DNA of 64,000 nucleotides. Origin: Clostridia bacterium (GTDB lineage Bacteria; Bacillota; Clostridia; Christensenellales; CAG-138). The notes below the pieces were generated by a model. The model was not told the DNA's origin and did not search any database. It saw only the letters and a program-made list of their open reading frames with translations. Within the stretch, counting starts at the first letter, position 1, and each line of letters begins with the position of its first letter. Below are positions 18,889-27,615 of this stretch, piece after piece. Location of the stretch: contig JAFSLH010000025.1 of the NCBI GenBank assembly GCA_017448545.1, positions 1,262-65,261 on the forward strand. The letters are read 5' to 3'. Made by a program: the position numbers and the translations under genes.

Positions 18889-19971
18889 ATGAACCTGACG
18901 CTGCACCTGACCGCGGACTGCAATCTGCGCTGCCGGTACTGCTATGAAACGCATCGGCGCGTCCGGATGTCCGAAGAAACGGCGAAACAGGCGGTCGATC
19001 TTGCGTTTGCCGCAGGGCATCCGAAAAACGGCTTCTCGCTGTTCGGCGGGGAGCCGCTGCTCGAGCGCGGACTGATCGAGTCCGTGTGCCGGTATGCCTC
19101 GGACCGCGCCGCGCGGGAGGGCAAGGCCGTCCGGTTCAAGATGACGACGAACGGGGCGCTGCTGGACGAGGATTTTTTGCGCTTTGCAACGGCGCACGGA
19201 ATCGAGATCGCGCTCTCGCACGACGGGCTGCTGCAGGACGTGCAGCGCCTGACGCGGGACGGCAGCCCGACGCGGGAAACGCTGGAGCCGGTCGTGGATC
19301 TGCTGCTGGCGTATCAGCCGAACGCGGTCGCGATGCAGACCGTGATGGCCGAAAACGTCGGCCGAATGGCGGACTCGGTAGAATGGCTGTATCGGCGCGG
19401 GTTTTCGCGCGTCAACACGGCGATCGACTACCGGCCGGACGCCGGCTGGGACGACGGTTCGATGGCCGTGCTGCGCGCGCAGTACGAGCAGGTCGCGGCG
19501 CTTTGCGAAAGGCAGTTCGACACGGAACGGCCCCTCCGGTACCTGAATTTTTGGTCCAAGATCGCCGCGTACCTGAACAACCGGCCGTGCCTCGAATGCA
19601 AGCTCGGCGTTCGCCAGCCCTCGGTCGCGCCGGACGGAACGATCTACCCGTGCAACCAGTTTCTGAACCTGCCGGACTACCGGATGGGCGACGTGACGAG
19701 CGGGATCGACAAAGCGCGGCAATGGGCGATCGTGCAAAAATCGCTTGCGCCGGAACCGGACTGCCTTGGGTGCGCGATCGCGGACCGCTGCCGCCACCAT
19801 TGCGCGTGCCTGAACTTCAGCCTGACCGGCGACATGCATACGGTTGCGCCGGTGCAGTGCGAGCATGAACGCATCCTGATCCCGATCGCGGACGCGCTCG
19901 CCGGGCGGCTCTATGCCCGCGGAAGCGTCCGGTTTTTGCAGCAGTATACGGGGGATGAACTCGCGCAGTGA
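18889..19971 (+). CDS. Radical SAM enzyme with SPASM domain
   Basis: CNLRCRYC, FGGEPLL, TTNG, LSHDG; SPASM cysteines CLEC..YPC..CLGC.....C...CAC..C. Confidence 0.92.
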   Translation: MNLTLHLTADCNLRCRYCYETHRRVRMSEETAKQAVDLAFAAGHPKNGFSLFGGEPLLERGLIESVCRYASDRAAREGKAVRFKMTTNGALLDEDFLRFATAHGIEIALSHDGLLQDVQRLTRDGSPTRETLEPVVDLLLAYQPNAVAMQTVMAENVGRMADSVEWLYRRGFSRVNTAIDYRPDAGWDDGSMAVLRAQYEQVAALCERQFDTERPLRYLNFWSKIAAYLNNRPCLECKLGVRQPSVAPDGTIYPCNQFLNLPDYRMGDVTSGIDKARQWAIVQKSLAPEPDCLGCAIADRCRHHCACLNFSLTGDMHTVAPVQCEHERILIPIADALAGRLYARGSVRFLQQYTGDELAQ

Positions 19972-20008
19972 ATGCGGGGAAAGGTGCCTTTGCATTCTTC
20001 CCCGCACG

Positions 20009-20147
20009 TCCGACCTTACAATCCTCCCGGCTCGACAAAGTCTCGCCAAACCGCCTGCAGCGTGCTGACAGCGGTCAATAAAGATTCTGCTTTTTCTCCC
20101 ACAGGGAGCGCAGAATCTTTATCTCGTTACACAAGGAGGGCTGTTTT
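20009..20147. repeat. Family B REP element interrupted by family C hairpin
   Basis: TCCGACCTTACAATCCTCCCG, then CCGCCTGCAGCGTGCTGACAGCGG..GCAGAATCTTT as at 8826-8894, then TTACACAAGGAGGGC. Confidence 0.8.
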
Positions 20148-20245
20148 GTTTTCAAAGTGCCTTTTGCGGCAGGCCCTTTTGTTTTACTTGCGTTTTGGGG
20201 GCGGAGCGCGTATAATGGGTACATCGCACAGAATATGGAGGCAAT

Positions 20246-21616
20246 ATGGAACGAATCAACGTATGGACCACCTACTCCGAGGAGCAGGAACAGCAGGTGT
20301 TTGCGCTCGGCGCAAAATACCGCGCGTATCTGGACGCAGGCAAGACCGAACGGGAAGCCGCTGCAGAGACGATCCGCCGCGCCGAAGCCGCCGGTTACCG
20401 GAACCTGAACGACGTGAAGACGCTGCAGCCCGGCGACCGCGTGTACGTCAACACGATGAACAAGGCCGTGCAGCTGTACATCATCGGCAAAGCCCCGATC
20501 GAACAGGGCGTCAACATCATCGGCGCGCACATCGACAATCCGCGGCTGGACGTGAAGCAGAACCCGCTGTATGAGGATTCCGATTTCGCGTACCTCGATA
20601 CGCACTACTACGGCGGCATTAAGAAATACCAGTGGGTGACGATCCCGCTCGCGCTGCACGGCGTCGTCGTGAAGAAGGACGGCACGACCGTTCCGGTCGT
20701 GATCGGCGAGGACGAGGACGATCCGGTCGTCGGCATTTCCGATATTCTGGTCCACCTTTCCGCTTCACAGCTCGACAAAAAAGGCGCCGTCGTCGTTGAG
20801 GGCGAGGATTTGGACGTGATCGTCGGCGGCAAGCCGCTCGCGGGCGAGGAGAAAGAGCCGTTCAAGGCGACGGTGCTTTCGATCCTGCAGGAGAAGTACG
20901 GCATCGAGGAGGAGGATTTTATCTCCGCCGAACTCGAAGTCGTTCCCGCGGGCAAGAGCCGCGATTTCGGTCTCGACCGCAGCATGATTCTCGGCTACGG
21001 CCACGACGACCGCGTTTGCGCGTTTGCGCAGATCGAAGCGATGTTCAGCGTGACCGAAACGCCGGACGTGACCTGCTGCTGCGTGCTGGTCGACAAGGAA
21101 GAGATCGGCAGCGTCGGCGCGACGGGGATGCGGGCCCGGTATTTTGAGAACGCGATGGCGGAAATCCTCAATAAGTGCGGCGCATACAGCGACCTGACCC
21201 TGCGCCGCGCGCTGCAGAACAGCCGGATGCTCTCCTGCGACGTCAGCGCGGGCTACGATCCGCTCTACGCCGCGAACTTTGAGCGCAAGAACGCTGCCTT
21301 CGTCGGCCGCGGCGTGTGCTTCAACAAGTTCACCGGTTCGCGCGGCAAGTCCGGCAGCAACGACGCGAACGCCGAATACCTTGCCAAGCTGCGCAAGATC
21401 ATGGACGACAACGACGTGCATTTCCAGACCGCGGAGCTCGGCAAAGTCGACGTCGGCGGCGGCGGAACGATCGCCTACATCTGCGCGCTGTACGGCATGG
21501 AGGTCGTGGACAGCGGCGTTGCCGTGCTCTCGATGCACGCGCCGTGGGAGATCATCGACAAGGGCGACCTGTACGAAGCGAAAAAGGCGTACCGCGCCTT
21601 CCTGCTGAACGCATAA
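20246..21616 (+). CDS. M18 family aminopeptidase
   Basis: KTERE, GAHIDNPRLD, HYYGGIKKYQW, GHDDR, DKEEIGS, SMHAP. Confidence 0.93.
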   Translation: MERINVWTTYSEEQEQQVFALGAKYRAYLDAGKTEREAAAETIRRAEAAGYRNLNDVKTLQPGDRVYVNTMNKAVQLYIIGKAPIEQGVNIIGAHIDNPRLDVKQNPLYEDSDFAYLDTHYYGGIKKYQWVTIPLALHGVVVKKDGTTVPVVIGEDEDDPVVGISDILVHLSASQLDKKGAVVVEGEDLDVIVGGKPLAGEEKEPFKATVLSILQEKYGIEEEDFISAELEVVPAGKSRDFGLDRSMILGYGHDDRVCAFAQIEAMFSVTETPDVTCCCVLVDKEEIGSVGATGMRARYFENAMAEILNKCGAYSDLTLRRALQNSRMLSCDVSAGYDPLYAANFERKNAAFVGRGVCFNKFTGSRGKSGSNDANAEYLAKLRKIMDDNDVHFQTAELGKVDVGGGGTIAYICALYGMEVVDSGVAVLSMHAPWEIIDKGDLYEAKKAYRAFLLNA

Positions 21617-21620
21617 CGGT

Positions 21621-22181
21621 ATGAGCAGAACGAATTTCGGCGCAAAGCCGCTGACCTATCCGCAGCCCGTCTGGATCATCGCAACGTATGACGAGAACGG
21701 CGTGCCGGACGCGATGAACGCCGCGTGGGGCGGCATCAGCGAGGAAAACGAGGTTTCCGTTTGCCTCTCCGCCGGACACAAGACCTGCAAGAACTTTGCC
21801 AAAACCGGCGCGTTCACCGTTTCGATGGCGGACGCGAAGCACGTTGCGGCGTGCGATTACGTCGGCATGGCGTCGGGCAACAAGACGCCCGACAAGTTTG
21901 CGCGCGCGGGCTTTACCGCGACGAAGAGCGATCGCGTCAACGCGCCGATCATCAACGAGCTGGCCGTTTGTCTCGAATGCCGCGTGATCGAATACAATCC
22001 CGAAACCTGCATCCTGCGGGGCGAGATCGTGAACGTGAGCGTGGACGACAGCGCCATGACGGACGGCAAGGTGGACGTCAAAAAAGTCGCGCCGATCTGC
22101 TTTGACCCGTTCAACAACGCATACGTCGTGCTCGGCGACGAGGTCGGCAAGGCCTGGGGCGCGGGACGGGCGCTGCTCTGA
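21621..22181 (+). CDS. Flavin reductase-like FMN-binding protein (flavoredoxin family)
   Basis: YPQPV.IIATY, AMNAAWGG, GAFTVS, DYVGMASG, LECR. Confidence 0.88.
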   Translation: MSRTNFGAKPLTYPQPVWIIATYDENGVPDAMNAAWGGISEENEVSVCLSAGHKTCKNFAKTGAFTVSMADAKHVAACDYVGMASGNKTPDKFARAGFTATKSDRVNAPIINELAVCLECRVIEYNPETCILRGEIVNVSVDDSAMTDGKVDVKKVAPICFDPFNNAYVVLGDEVGKAWGAGRALL

Positions 22182-22305
22182 TCAAAAAAAAAATTCAAAA
22201 TTAAGCGGGAGTTGCTTCCCGCTTAATGTTTATTTAAGGAAGACAGGGTATACTGAACGTATCAAAAGGGCAAACGGCAAGCGCCGCGCCCGGAAGGAGA
22301 CTAAT

Positions 22306-24444
22306 ATGAAACAGATTCTCGCACTTTTCCTCGTCGGCATGCTTCTGCTGACCGGCTGCGGCACGGCGGCCGCAGGATCGACCGGCAGCAATGCGGCGAC
22401 CGCGACACAGGCGACGGCAACCGAAACCGCGACCGCCGCGGATACCACGCCGGTGACCGAGCAGCCGACCGCTGCAACGACCGACGACGCGGCGACGCTT
22501 TCCGATCCGGCCGACGCCGCGAAGGAAGCGACCGGCGCATTCTCGATCGTCACCGAGGACGGCGCGTTCTCCGAGAAGGGTTCCGTCTATACGATCACGA
22601 AGGGCGGCGAATACACGGTTTCCGGCGTGCTTGAAGACGGCCAGATCGTCGTGAACGTCGCAAGCGACGAAGAAGTGAAGCTGATCCTGAACAACGCTTC
22701 GATTTCGTGCAGCACCGACGCGCCGATCGTCGCAGTCAGCGGCGCGGAACTGACCGTCAAGTCCGAGACGGACACGTACAACACCGTGACCGACCTCCGC
22801 ACCGGCGCATCGGACGACGCCGAATACGACGCGGCGATCTATGCGGCCTGCGACCTGAAGCTTTCCGGCAAGGGCACGCTGATCATCACGACCGCGTTTG
22901 ACAACGGCGTCAAGTCGAAGGACGACCTGACCGTGAAGAACGTCACGCTGAAAGTCACCTCGACCGGCGTTGCGCTGAAGGGCAACGATTCCGTGACGAT
23001 TGAGTCCGGCAGTCTGATCCTGACCTCGACGGCTTCGGACGCCATCAAGACCGAGAACAGCGACGTGTCCTCGAAGGGCAAGCAGCGCGGCACGATCGCG
23101 ATCCTCGGCGGCCAGGTCGACATCTATGCGGCCTGCGACGGTCTCTCGGCGGCGTACAACGTGGAAATCTCCGAAGAAAGCGACTGCGTCGTGAACGTCT
23201 ACACCGCCTCCTACGCGTCCGGCCCGGTTGCGACGCTGAGCGAGCAGTACCTGATCGTGCCGATCTCGCTGTACAGCAACAGCAGCGACTACTATGCGTA
23301 CTTCTACAACGACGACGACACCGCGGGCGTCTGGGTGCAGTGCGTCTATGAATCAATGGTTTACAGCGGCGGCCGCGCGAGCTACTACGCGCTGCTGTTC
23401 CGGGTTCCGAGCGGGTACGAAAACATCCTGTTCCACGCGGTTGCTTCCGGCACGACGCCGGACGGCTCGAACTTTACGGCGGCATCGACCGGCGACACGA
23501 TCAACCGCGCGATGACCGGCTATCTGATCAAAGGCGTTTCGGACACCGTCATTTCCGGCGACTGGGTGCAGATTTCGAGCAGCGGCGACGGCAAAACCAC
23601 CTACTCCTCCAAGGGCATCAAGGCGTCGAACGAGATCCTGATCTCGGGCGGCGCGGTGACCGTCTATGCGGCGGACGACGGTATGCACGCAAACGGCGAC
23701 ATTGCACTGGACAGCGGTTCCGTCGGAACGGGCAACATCCGCATTTCGGGCGGCTCGGTCACGGTCACGTCGGCGGACGACGGCATCCACGCGGACGGCG
23801 CGCTGACGATCGACGGCGGCACCGTCAACGTTGCGGAGGCGCATGAAGGCATGGAAGCAAACGTGATCACGCTCAACGCCGGCACGGTCTTTGTCTACGG
23901 CAAGGACGACGGCATCAACGGCTGCGCCGGCAGCGCGACGCCGCTCGTGCAGATCAACGGCGGCTACCTGCAGGTGCAAACGCCCTCGGGCGACACGGAC
24001 GCGATCGACGTCAACGGCAGCTTCGTCATGACCGGCGGCACGGTGCTCGTACTCGCCGGATCGCAGATGGGCGGCGTTGCCGGTTCGGTCGACGTCGACG
24101 GCACGATCAGCGTCACGGGCGGCACGATCATCGCGTTCGGCGGCATCTGTGTGATTCCCTCGTCCGGTTCCGTCAACGTCTACACCGCGAACGGCACGAC
24201 GTTCCAGGCCGGCAGCTACGCGCTGCTCGACAGCGACGGCGGCACGATCTTCTCGTTCACGCTTGACAGCGCGTATACCTCCTGCTGGATCGCTTCCGAA
24301 TCGTTCGTTCTGAACGGCTCGTACCGGCTCGAAAAGGACGGCGCGTCCGTGCTGAACTGGACGCAGTCTTCCGCGAGCGAGGGCAACTACAGCAACAGCG
24401 GCTCCGGCGGCCGCGGCGGTTTCGGCGGCAGCGGCGGATGGTAA
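22306..24444 (+). CDS. Cthe_2159 (DUF4353)-family beta-helix carbohydrate-binding lipoprotein with inserted domain
   Basis: Lipobox LTGC, Thr/Ala linker, TITKGGEYTVSG, repeated DDG.HA / I.GG.V beta-helix turns, DAIDVNG. Confidence 0.85.
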   Translation: MKQILALFLVGMLLLTGCGTAAAGSTGSNAATATQATATETATAADTTPVTEQPTAATTDDAATLSDPADAAKEATGAFSIVTEDGAFSEKGSVYTITKGGEYTVSGVLEDGQIVVNVASDEEVKLILNNASISCSTDAPIVAVSGAELTVKSETDTYNTVTDLRTGASDDAEYDAAIYAACDLKLSGKGTLIITTAFDNGVKSKDDLTVKNVTLKVTSTGVALKGNDSVTIESGSLILTSTASDAIKTENSDVSSKGKQRGTIAILGGQVDIYAACDGLSAAYNVEISEESDCVVNVYTASYASGPVATLSEQYLIVPISLYSNSSDYYAYFYNDDDTAGVWVQCVYESMVYSGGRASYYALLFRVPSGYENILFHAVASGTTPDGSNFTAASTGDTINRAMTGYLIKGVSDTVISGDWVQISSSGDGKTTYSSKGIKASNEILISGGAVTVYAADDGMHANGDIALDSGSVGTGNIRISGGSVTVTSADDGIHADGALTIDGGTVNVAEAHEGMEANVITLNAGTVFVYGKDDGINGCAGSATPLVQINGGYLQVQTPSGDTDAIDVNGSFVMTGGTVLVLAGSQMGGVAGSVDVDGTISVTGGTIIAFGGICVIPSSGSVNVYTANGTTFQAGSYALLDSDGGTIFSFTLDSAYTSCWIASESFVLNGSYRLEKDGASVLNWTQSSASEGNYSNSGSGGRGGFGGSGGW

Positions 24445-24743
24445 AAAACAGCATACGAACGCTTCTTCTGGGGCTGTCGCAAAAGGCGCCAGACCATTGC
24501 GGCGAATCAAATTATTATTATACTGAGTGGTGGAAATGGCGCAAATCGCGCCATTTCTCCTTTTATTTCGCCGCAATTAGCCGGTTTTTCGCTCTCGGCG
24601 TAGCGTTAGTACAGCCTTCGAGCGAAGAAACCGGCTTCTGGCATCCTTATCAACAGCCCCTTCCGGGGGCGCAAACAATTTTGAGACAACGCCGGTTTTT
24701 TGCCGAAAGTTGTATCAGATTTGTCTTTTTTCTGAAAAGTCGA

Positions 24744-24771
24744 TTGACGGACGGCGCGAAAACGGTATAAT
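24744..24771 (+). promoter_or_regulatory. Sigma70 promoter
   Basis: TTGACG-16-TATAAT upstream of 24802. Confidence 0.65.
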
Positions 24772-24801
24772 GGAATCACTACGAAATCGTGGCGGAACAG
24801 G

Positions 24802-27282
24802 ATGCGGGCAATTCGTTTGACAATCTGGGTACTTTGCTTTGTCCTTCTGGCGACGGTTCCCGTTTCTGCCGGCGCGGCGGAAACCGGATCGCTGCCGGCG
24901 GGCGTTTTGGCGGTTATCGCGGAGGGCCCCTCCGCCGTGCAGCCCTCGCTCCCCTTCCTTTCGGACGGGCGCACCGATACGACGCTGACCCTGAACACGC
25001 GCGAAGAACTCGTTCTTTCGCGTGCGGAAGGCGAGACGCGCCCGATCGACTCCCTGTATTTCGATTTTTACGAGCAGCCCGGTTCGTTCGTGCTGACGTT
25101 CTGTGACGCGGACGGGAACAAGATCGCGTCGCAGCAGTTCAACAACGCGGAGCTTTTGCTGCGCGTTCCGACGGAGGAGCTGCAGCCTGCGTCGATCGTG
25201 CTCACCGTAATCAGCGGCCCCGTCCGCATCACCGAAGCGTACCTTTGCGACGCGTCTTTTTCCGCGCCGTTTTCCGATGCGAGCGAGACGGCGGACGTTT
25301 TCATCCTGCTCGGTTCGCCCGGCGACGAAGTGTTCAAGCTCGGCGGTCTGCCGCTGCTGCTCGCGGGTGAACACGGGCTTTCCGTGCGCGTCGCGTATCT
25401 GTTCGGCGCGGACGGGTACAAGACGCATCAGTGCATGGAAGCGCTGCGCGCGCTCGGGGTCCGGCAGGAACCGGTCTTTTTCAACGCGACCGCAACCGAC
25501 GCGACAAACGATACGGCCGTCTGGGGCCGGTTCGGGTCCGAAACGTCGCTGCTCAACAAACTGACTTCCCTGATTCGCACGACGCAGCCCCGCCTTCTGA
25601 TCGTGCCGGACGCTGCGAAGAATACCGATCCGTATTCGGACGGCGTGATCGGACGCGCGGCGCTCAAAAGCGCCGCGATGGCCGCGGACGAGCAGCGGAA
25701 CGTGCAGAAACTGCCCGCGCATACGGTCGACAAGGTGTATTCGCTGACCGCTGCCGGAACCGAGGGCGCGACCGTCGTTACGCTTGACCGGGCGCTGTTT
25801 GCCTTTGACGGCGCGAACGGCGCGGCCATGGCGCAGTCGATCGCCGAACTCTACCGCGAAGAACGGCTTTACCGCCGCACCGTGCCGCAAACGCTTTCGT
25901 TCGTGCTGCAGTCCTCCGCCGTCGGTGAGGACGCGGCGAAGGATGCGCTTTGGGAAAACCTCGATCTGACGCAATTTTCGGGCTGGTGCGAACCGACCGC
26001 GACGCCCGCGCCGACCGCGACGCCGGGCCCGACGGACACGCCTTCCCCCGTGCCTGCCGAAACGCCCGCGCCGACCGAGGCCGCGACAGCCGCGCCGGCC
26101 GCGCAGCCGACCGCCGTACCGGAAGAACCGGACGAGCCGGCGGAAAGCCGGCTTTGGCTGCGGCTTTTGCCGGGCGCTGTTGCGGTTGCGCTGTTTGTGC
26201 TGTTCCTTCTGCTGAAAAAGAAGCCGAAATGGCTGCCGGTGCTGTCGGCGGTTCTGCTGCTCCTCTGCGCCGTTCTGCTGCTGCGGCAGGTTCGCTGCGC
26301 GACCCCGCAAACTGTGGAAGCGACGGTCCTCCCGACCGCCGTACCGACCGCCGCACCGACGGCAACGCCTTCTGCCGCGCCGACCGTAACGCCGACGGCG
26401 GCCCCGACCGAAACGCCCGCGCCGACCGCGACGCCGGAGCCGACGCCCGATCCGCTCGCCGCGTACTTTACGGAGGACGGCTCGGAGGAGATCGTTTCGG
26501 ACTTTACGGAGGGGCATTGGTCGTACAAAAATGACGCGCTTTCGATCGACATCGTGCGCGTCAACACGCAATACGAAAAAAACGGCGGGCCGCTCGTGTA
26601 CTATGTGGCGGACATCCGGATGCGCGACTATTCGAGCTTCCACACCAACGTCCGGAGCTTTACGCAGCCGTGGAGATACGCGCGGCTGGAACACGCGGTC
26701 TTTGCGCTGACCGGCGACAACCTGACTTCCTCCGAAGCGGAGCTGAAGGGCTGCCTGATCCGAAACGGAAAATACTATTCCGATCGCGGCGCGCAGGCGA
26801 CGCTGGTGCTGAACGACGATCTGACGCTCGAGATTCTGCATCCCGGCACGTTCACGGCGCGGCAGCTGCTGGATCGCGGCGTGCGCAATACGTTCAGCTT
26901 CGGCCCGGTGCTGCTCGAAAACGGCGAAGTGTCGCCGGAGGTCTACACGCACCGCGTGACGCACCCGAACCCGCGCTGCGGCGTCGGCATGATCGAAGCC
27001 GGGCATTGGATCGCGATCGCGACGGACGGACGCAGCAGCAGCTATTCGATGAGCATTTCGCTCGAATACTTTGCCGGACTGTTCCAATCCTACGGCTGCA
27101 CGCTGGCGTACAACCTCGACGGCGGCGCGTCGACCGGCATGGTGTTCATGGGCGAAGCGCTGAACCTGCACACGCCGGACAACAACGATCCGCAGCGGCC
27201 CTGGGTCGACTGCTTCCTGCTCGGCTACAGCGACAAGGTTCCCTCGGTCAGCGATCCGGTGTATCATAAGGGAGAGCGGTAA
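24802..27282 (+). CDS. Membrane-anchored fusion: degenerate PIG-L-like domain plus phosphodiester glycosidase (NAGPA) domain
   Basis: Signal peptide; LGSPGDE (HPDDE-like); PT linker, two TM helices, PT linker; FSFGPVLLENG, NPRCGVG, DGR, AYNLDGGAS. Confidence 0.75.
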   Translation: MRAIRLTIWVLCFVLLATVPVSAGAAETGSLPAGVLAVIAEGPSAVQPSLPFLSDGRTDTTLTLNTREELVLSRAEGETRPIDSLYFDFYEQPGSFVLTFCDADGNKIASQQFNNAELLLRVPTEELQPASIVLTVISGPVRITEAYLCDASFSAPFSDASETADVFILLGSPGDEVFKLGGLPLLLAGEHGLSVRVAYLFGADGYKTHQCMEALRALGVRQEPVFFNATATDATNDTAVWGRFGSETSLLNKLTSLIRTTQPRLLIVPDAAKNTDPYSDGVIGRAALKSAAMAADEQRNVQKLPAHTVDKVYSLTAAGTEGATVVTLDRALFAFDGANGAAMAQSIAELYREERLYRRTVPQTLSFVLQSSAVGEDAAKDALWENLDLTQFSGWCEPTATPAPTATPGPTDTPSPVPAETPAPTEAATAAPAAQPTAVPEEPDEPAESRLWLRLLPGAVAVALFVLFLLLKKKPKWLPVLSAVLLLLCAVLLLRQVRCATPQTVEATVLPTAVPTAAPTATPSAAPTVTPTAAPTETPAPTATPEPTPDPLAAYFTEDGSEEIVSDFTEGHWSYKNDALSIDIVRVNTQYEKNGGPLVYYVADIRMRDYSSFHTNVRSFTQPWRYARLEHAVFALTGDNLTSSEAELKGCLIRNGKYYSDRGAQATLVLNDDLTLEILHPGTFTARQLLDRGVRNTFSFGPVLLENGEVSPEVYTHRVTHPNPRCGVGMIEAGHWIAIATDGRSSSYSMSISLEYFAGLFQSYGCTLAYNLDGGASTGMVFMGEALNLHTPDNNDPQRPWVDCFLLGYSDKVPSVSDPVYHKGER

Positions 27283-27287
27283 GCAAT

Positions 27288-27567
27288 GTGAATTCTCGCT
27301 TCGCTCCTTGAATTCTCGCTTTGCTCCGTGAATTCTCGCTTTGCTCCGTGAATTGTGCCTTACGGCACGTGAATCGACAAAGTTTTTGCGCTCCCTGTTG
27401 GAGAAGAAGCAGAATCCTTGTCCCCTTACACAGGGGAGGCATACGCAAAGCCGTCGTGAAGGGTAGATTTCCGGGTTGAAACCCTTTATCACGACAACGC
27501 AGTTGTCAATTCACGCGCTTGCGCAATTCACGGCGAAGCCAATTCACGCGGCAAAGTCGCAATTCAC
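27288..27567. repeat. Bipartite family A array with nested family C/REP insertion
   Basis: 20-bp tandem GTGAATTCTCGCTT(C/T)GCTCC units, inverted family C copy plus CCCCTTACACAGGGGAGG, core GTCGTGA..TCACGAC, 4 AATTCAC units. Confidence 0.85.
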
Positions 27568-27572
27568 AAAGA

Positions 27573-27608
27573 GCTGTTCAACAACGCACGTTGAACAGCC
27601 CTTTTTTG
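27573..27608. terminator. Bidirectional terminator
   Basis: GCTGTTCAAC..GTTGAACAGC then T-run. Confidence 0.7.
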
Positions 27609-27615
27609 GTTGGCT

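Noticed and set aside
18889-19971. Anaerobic sulfatase maturase or SCIFF/ranthipeptide maturase
   Set aside because: No sulfatase nearby, no RRE, and the neighbouring peptide has no Cys-rich core; not fully excluded without an HMM search
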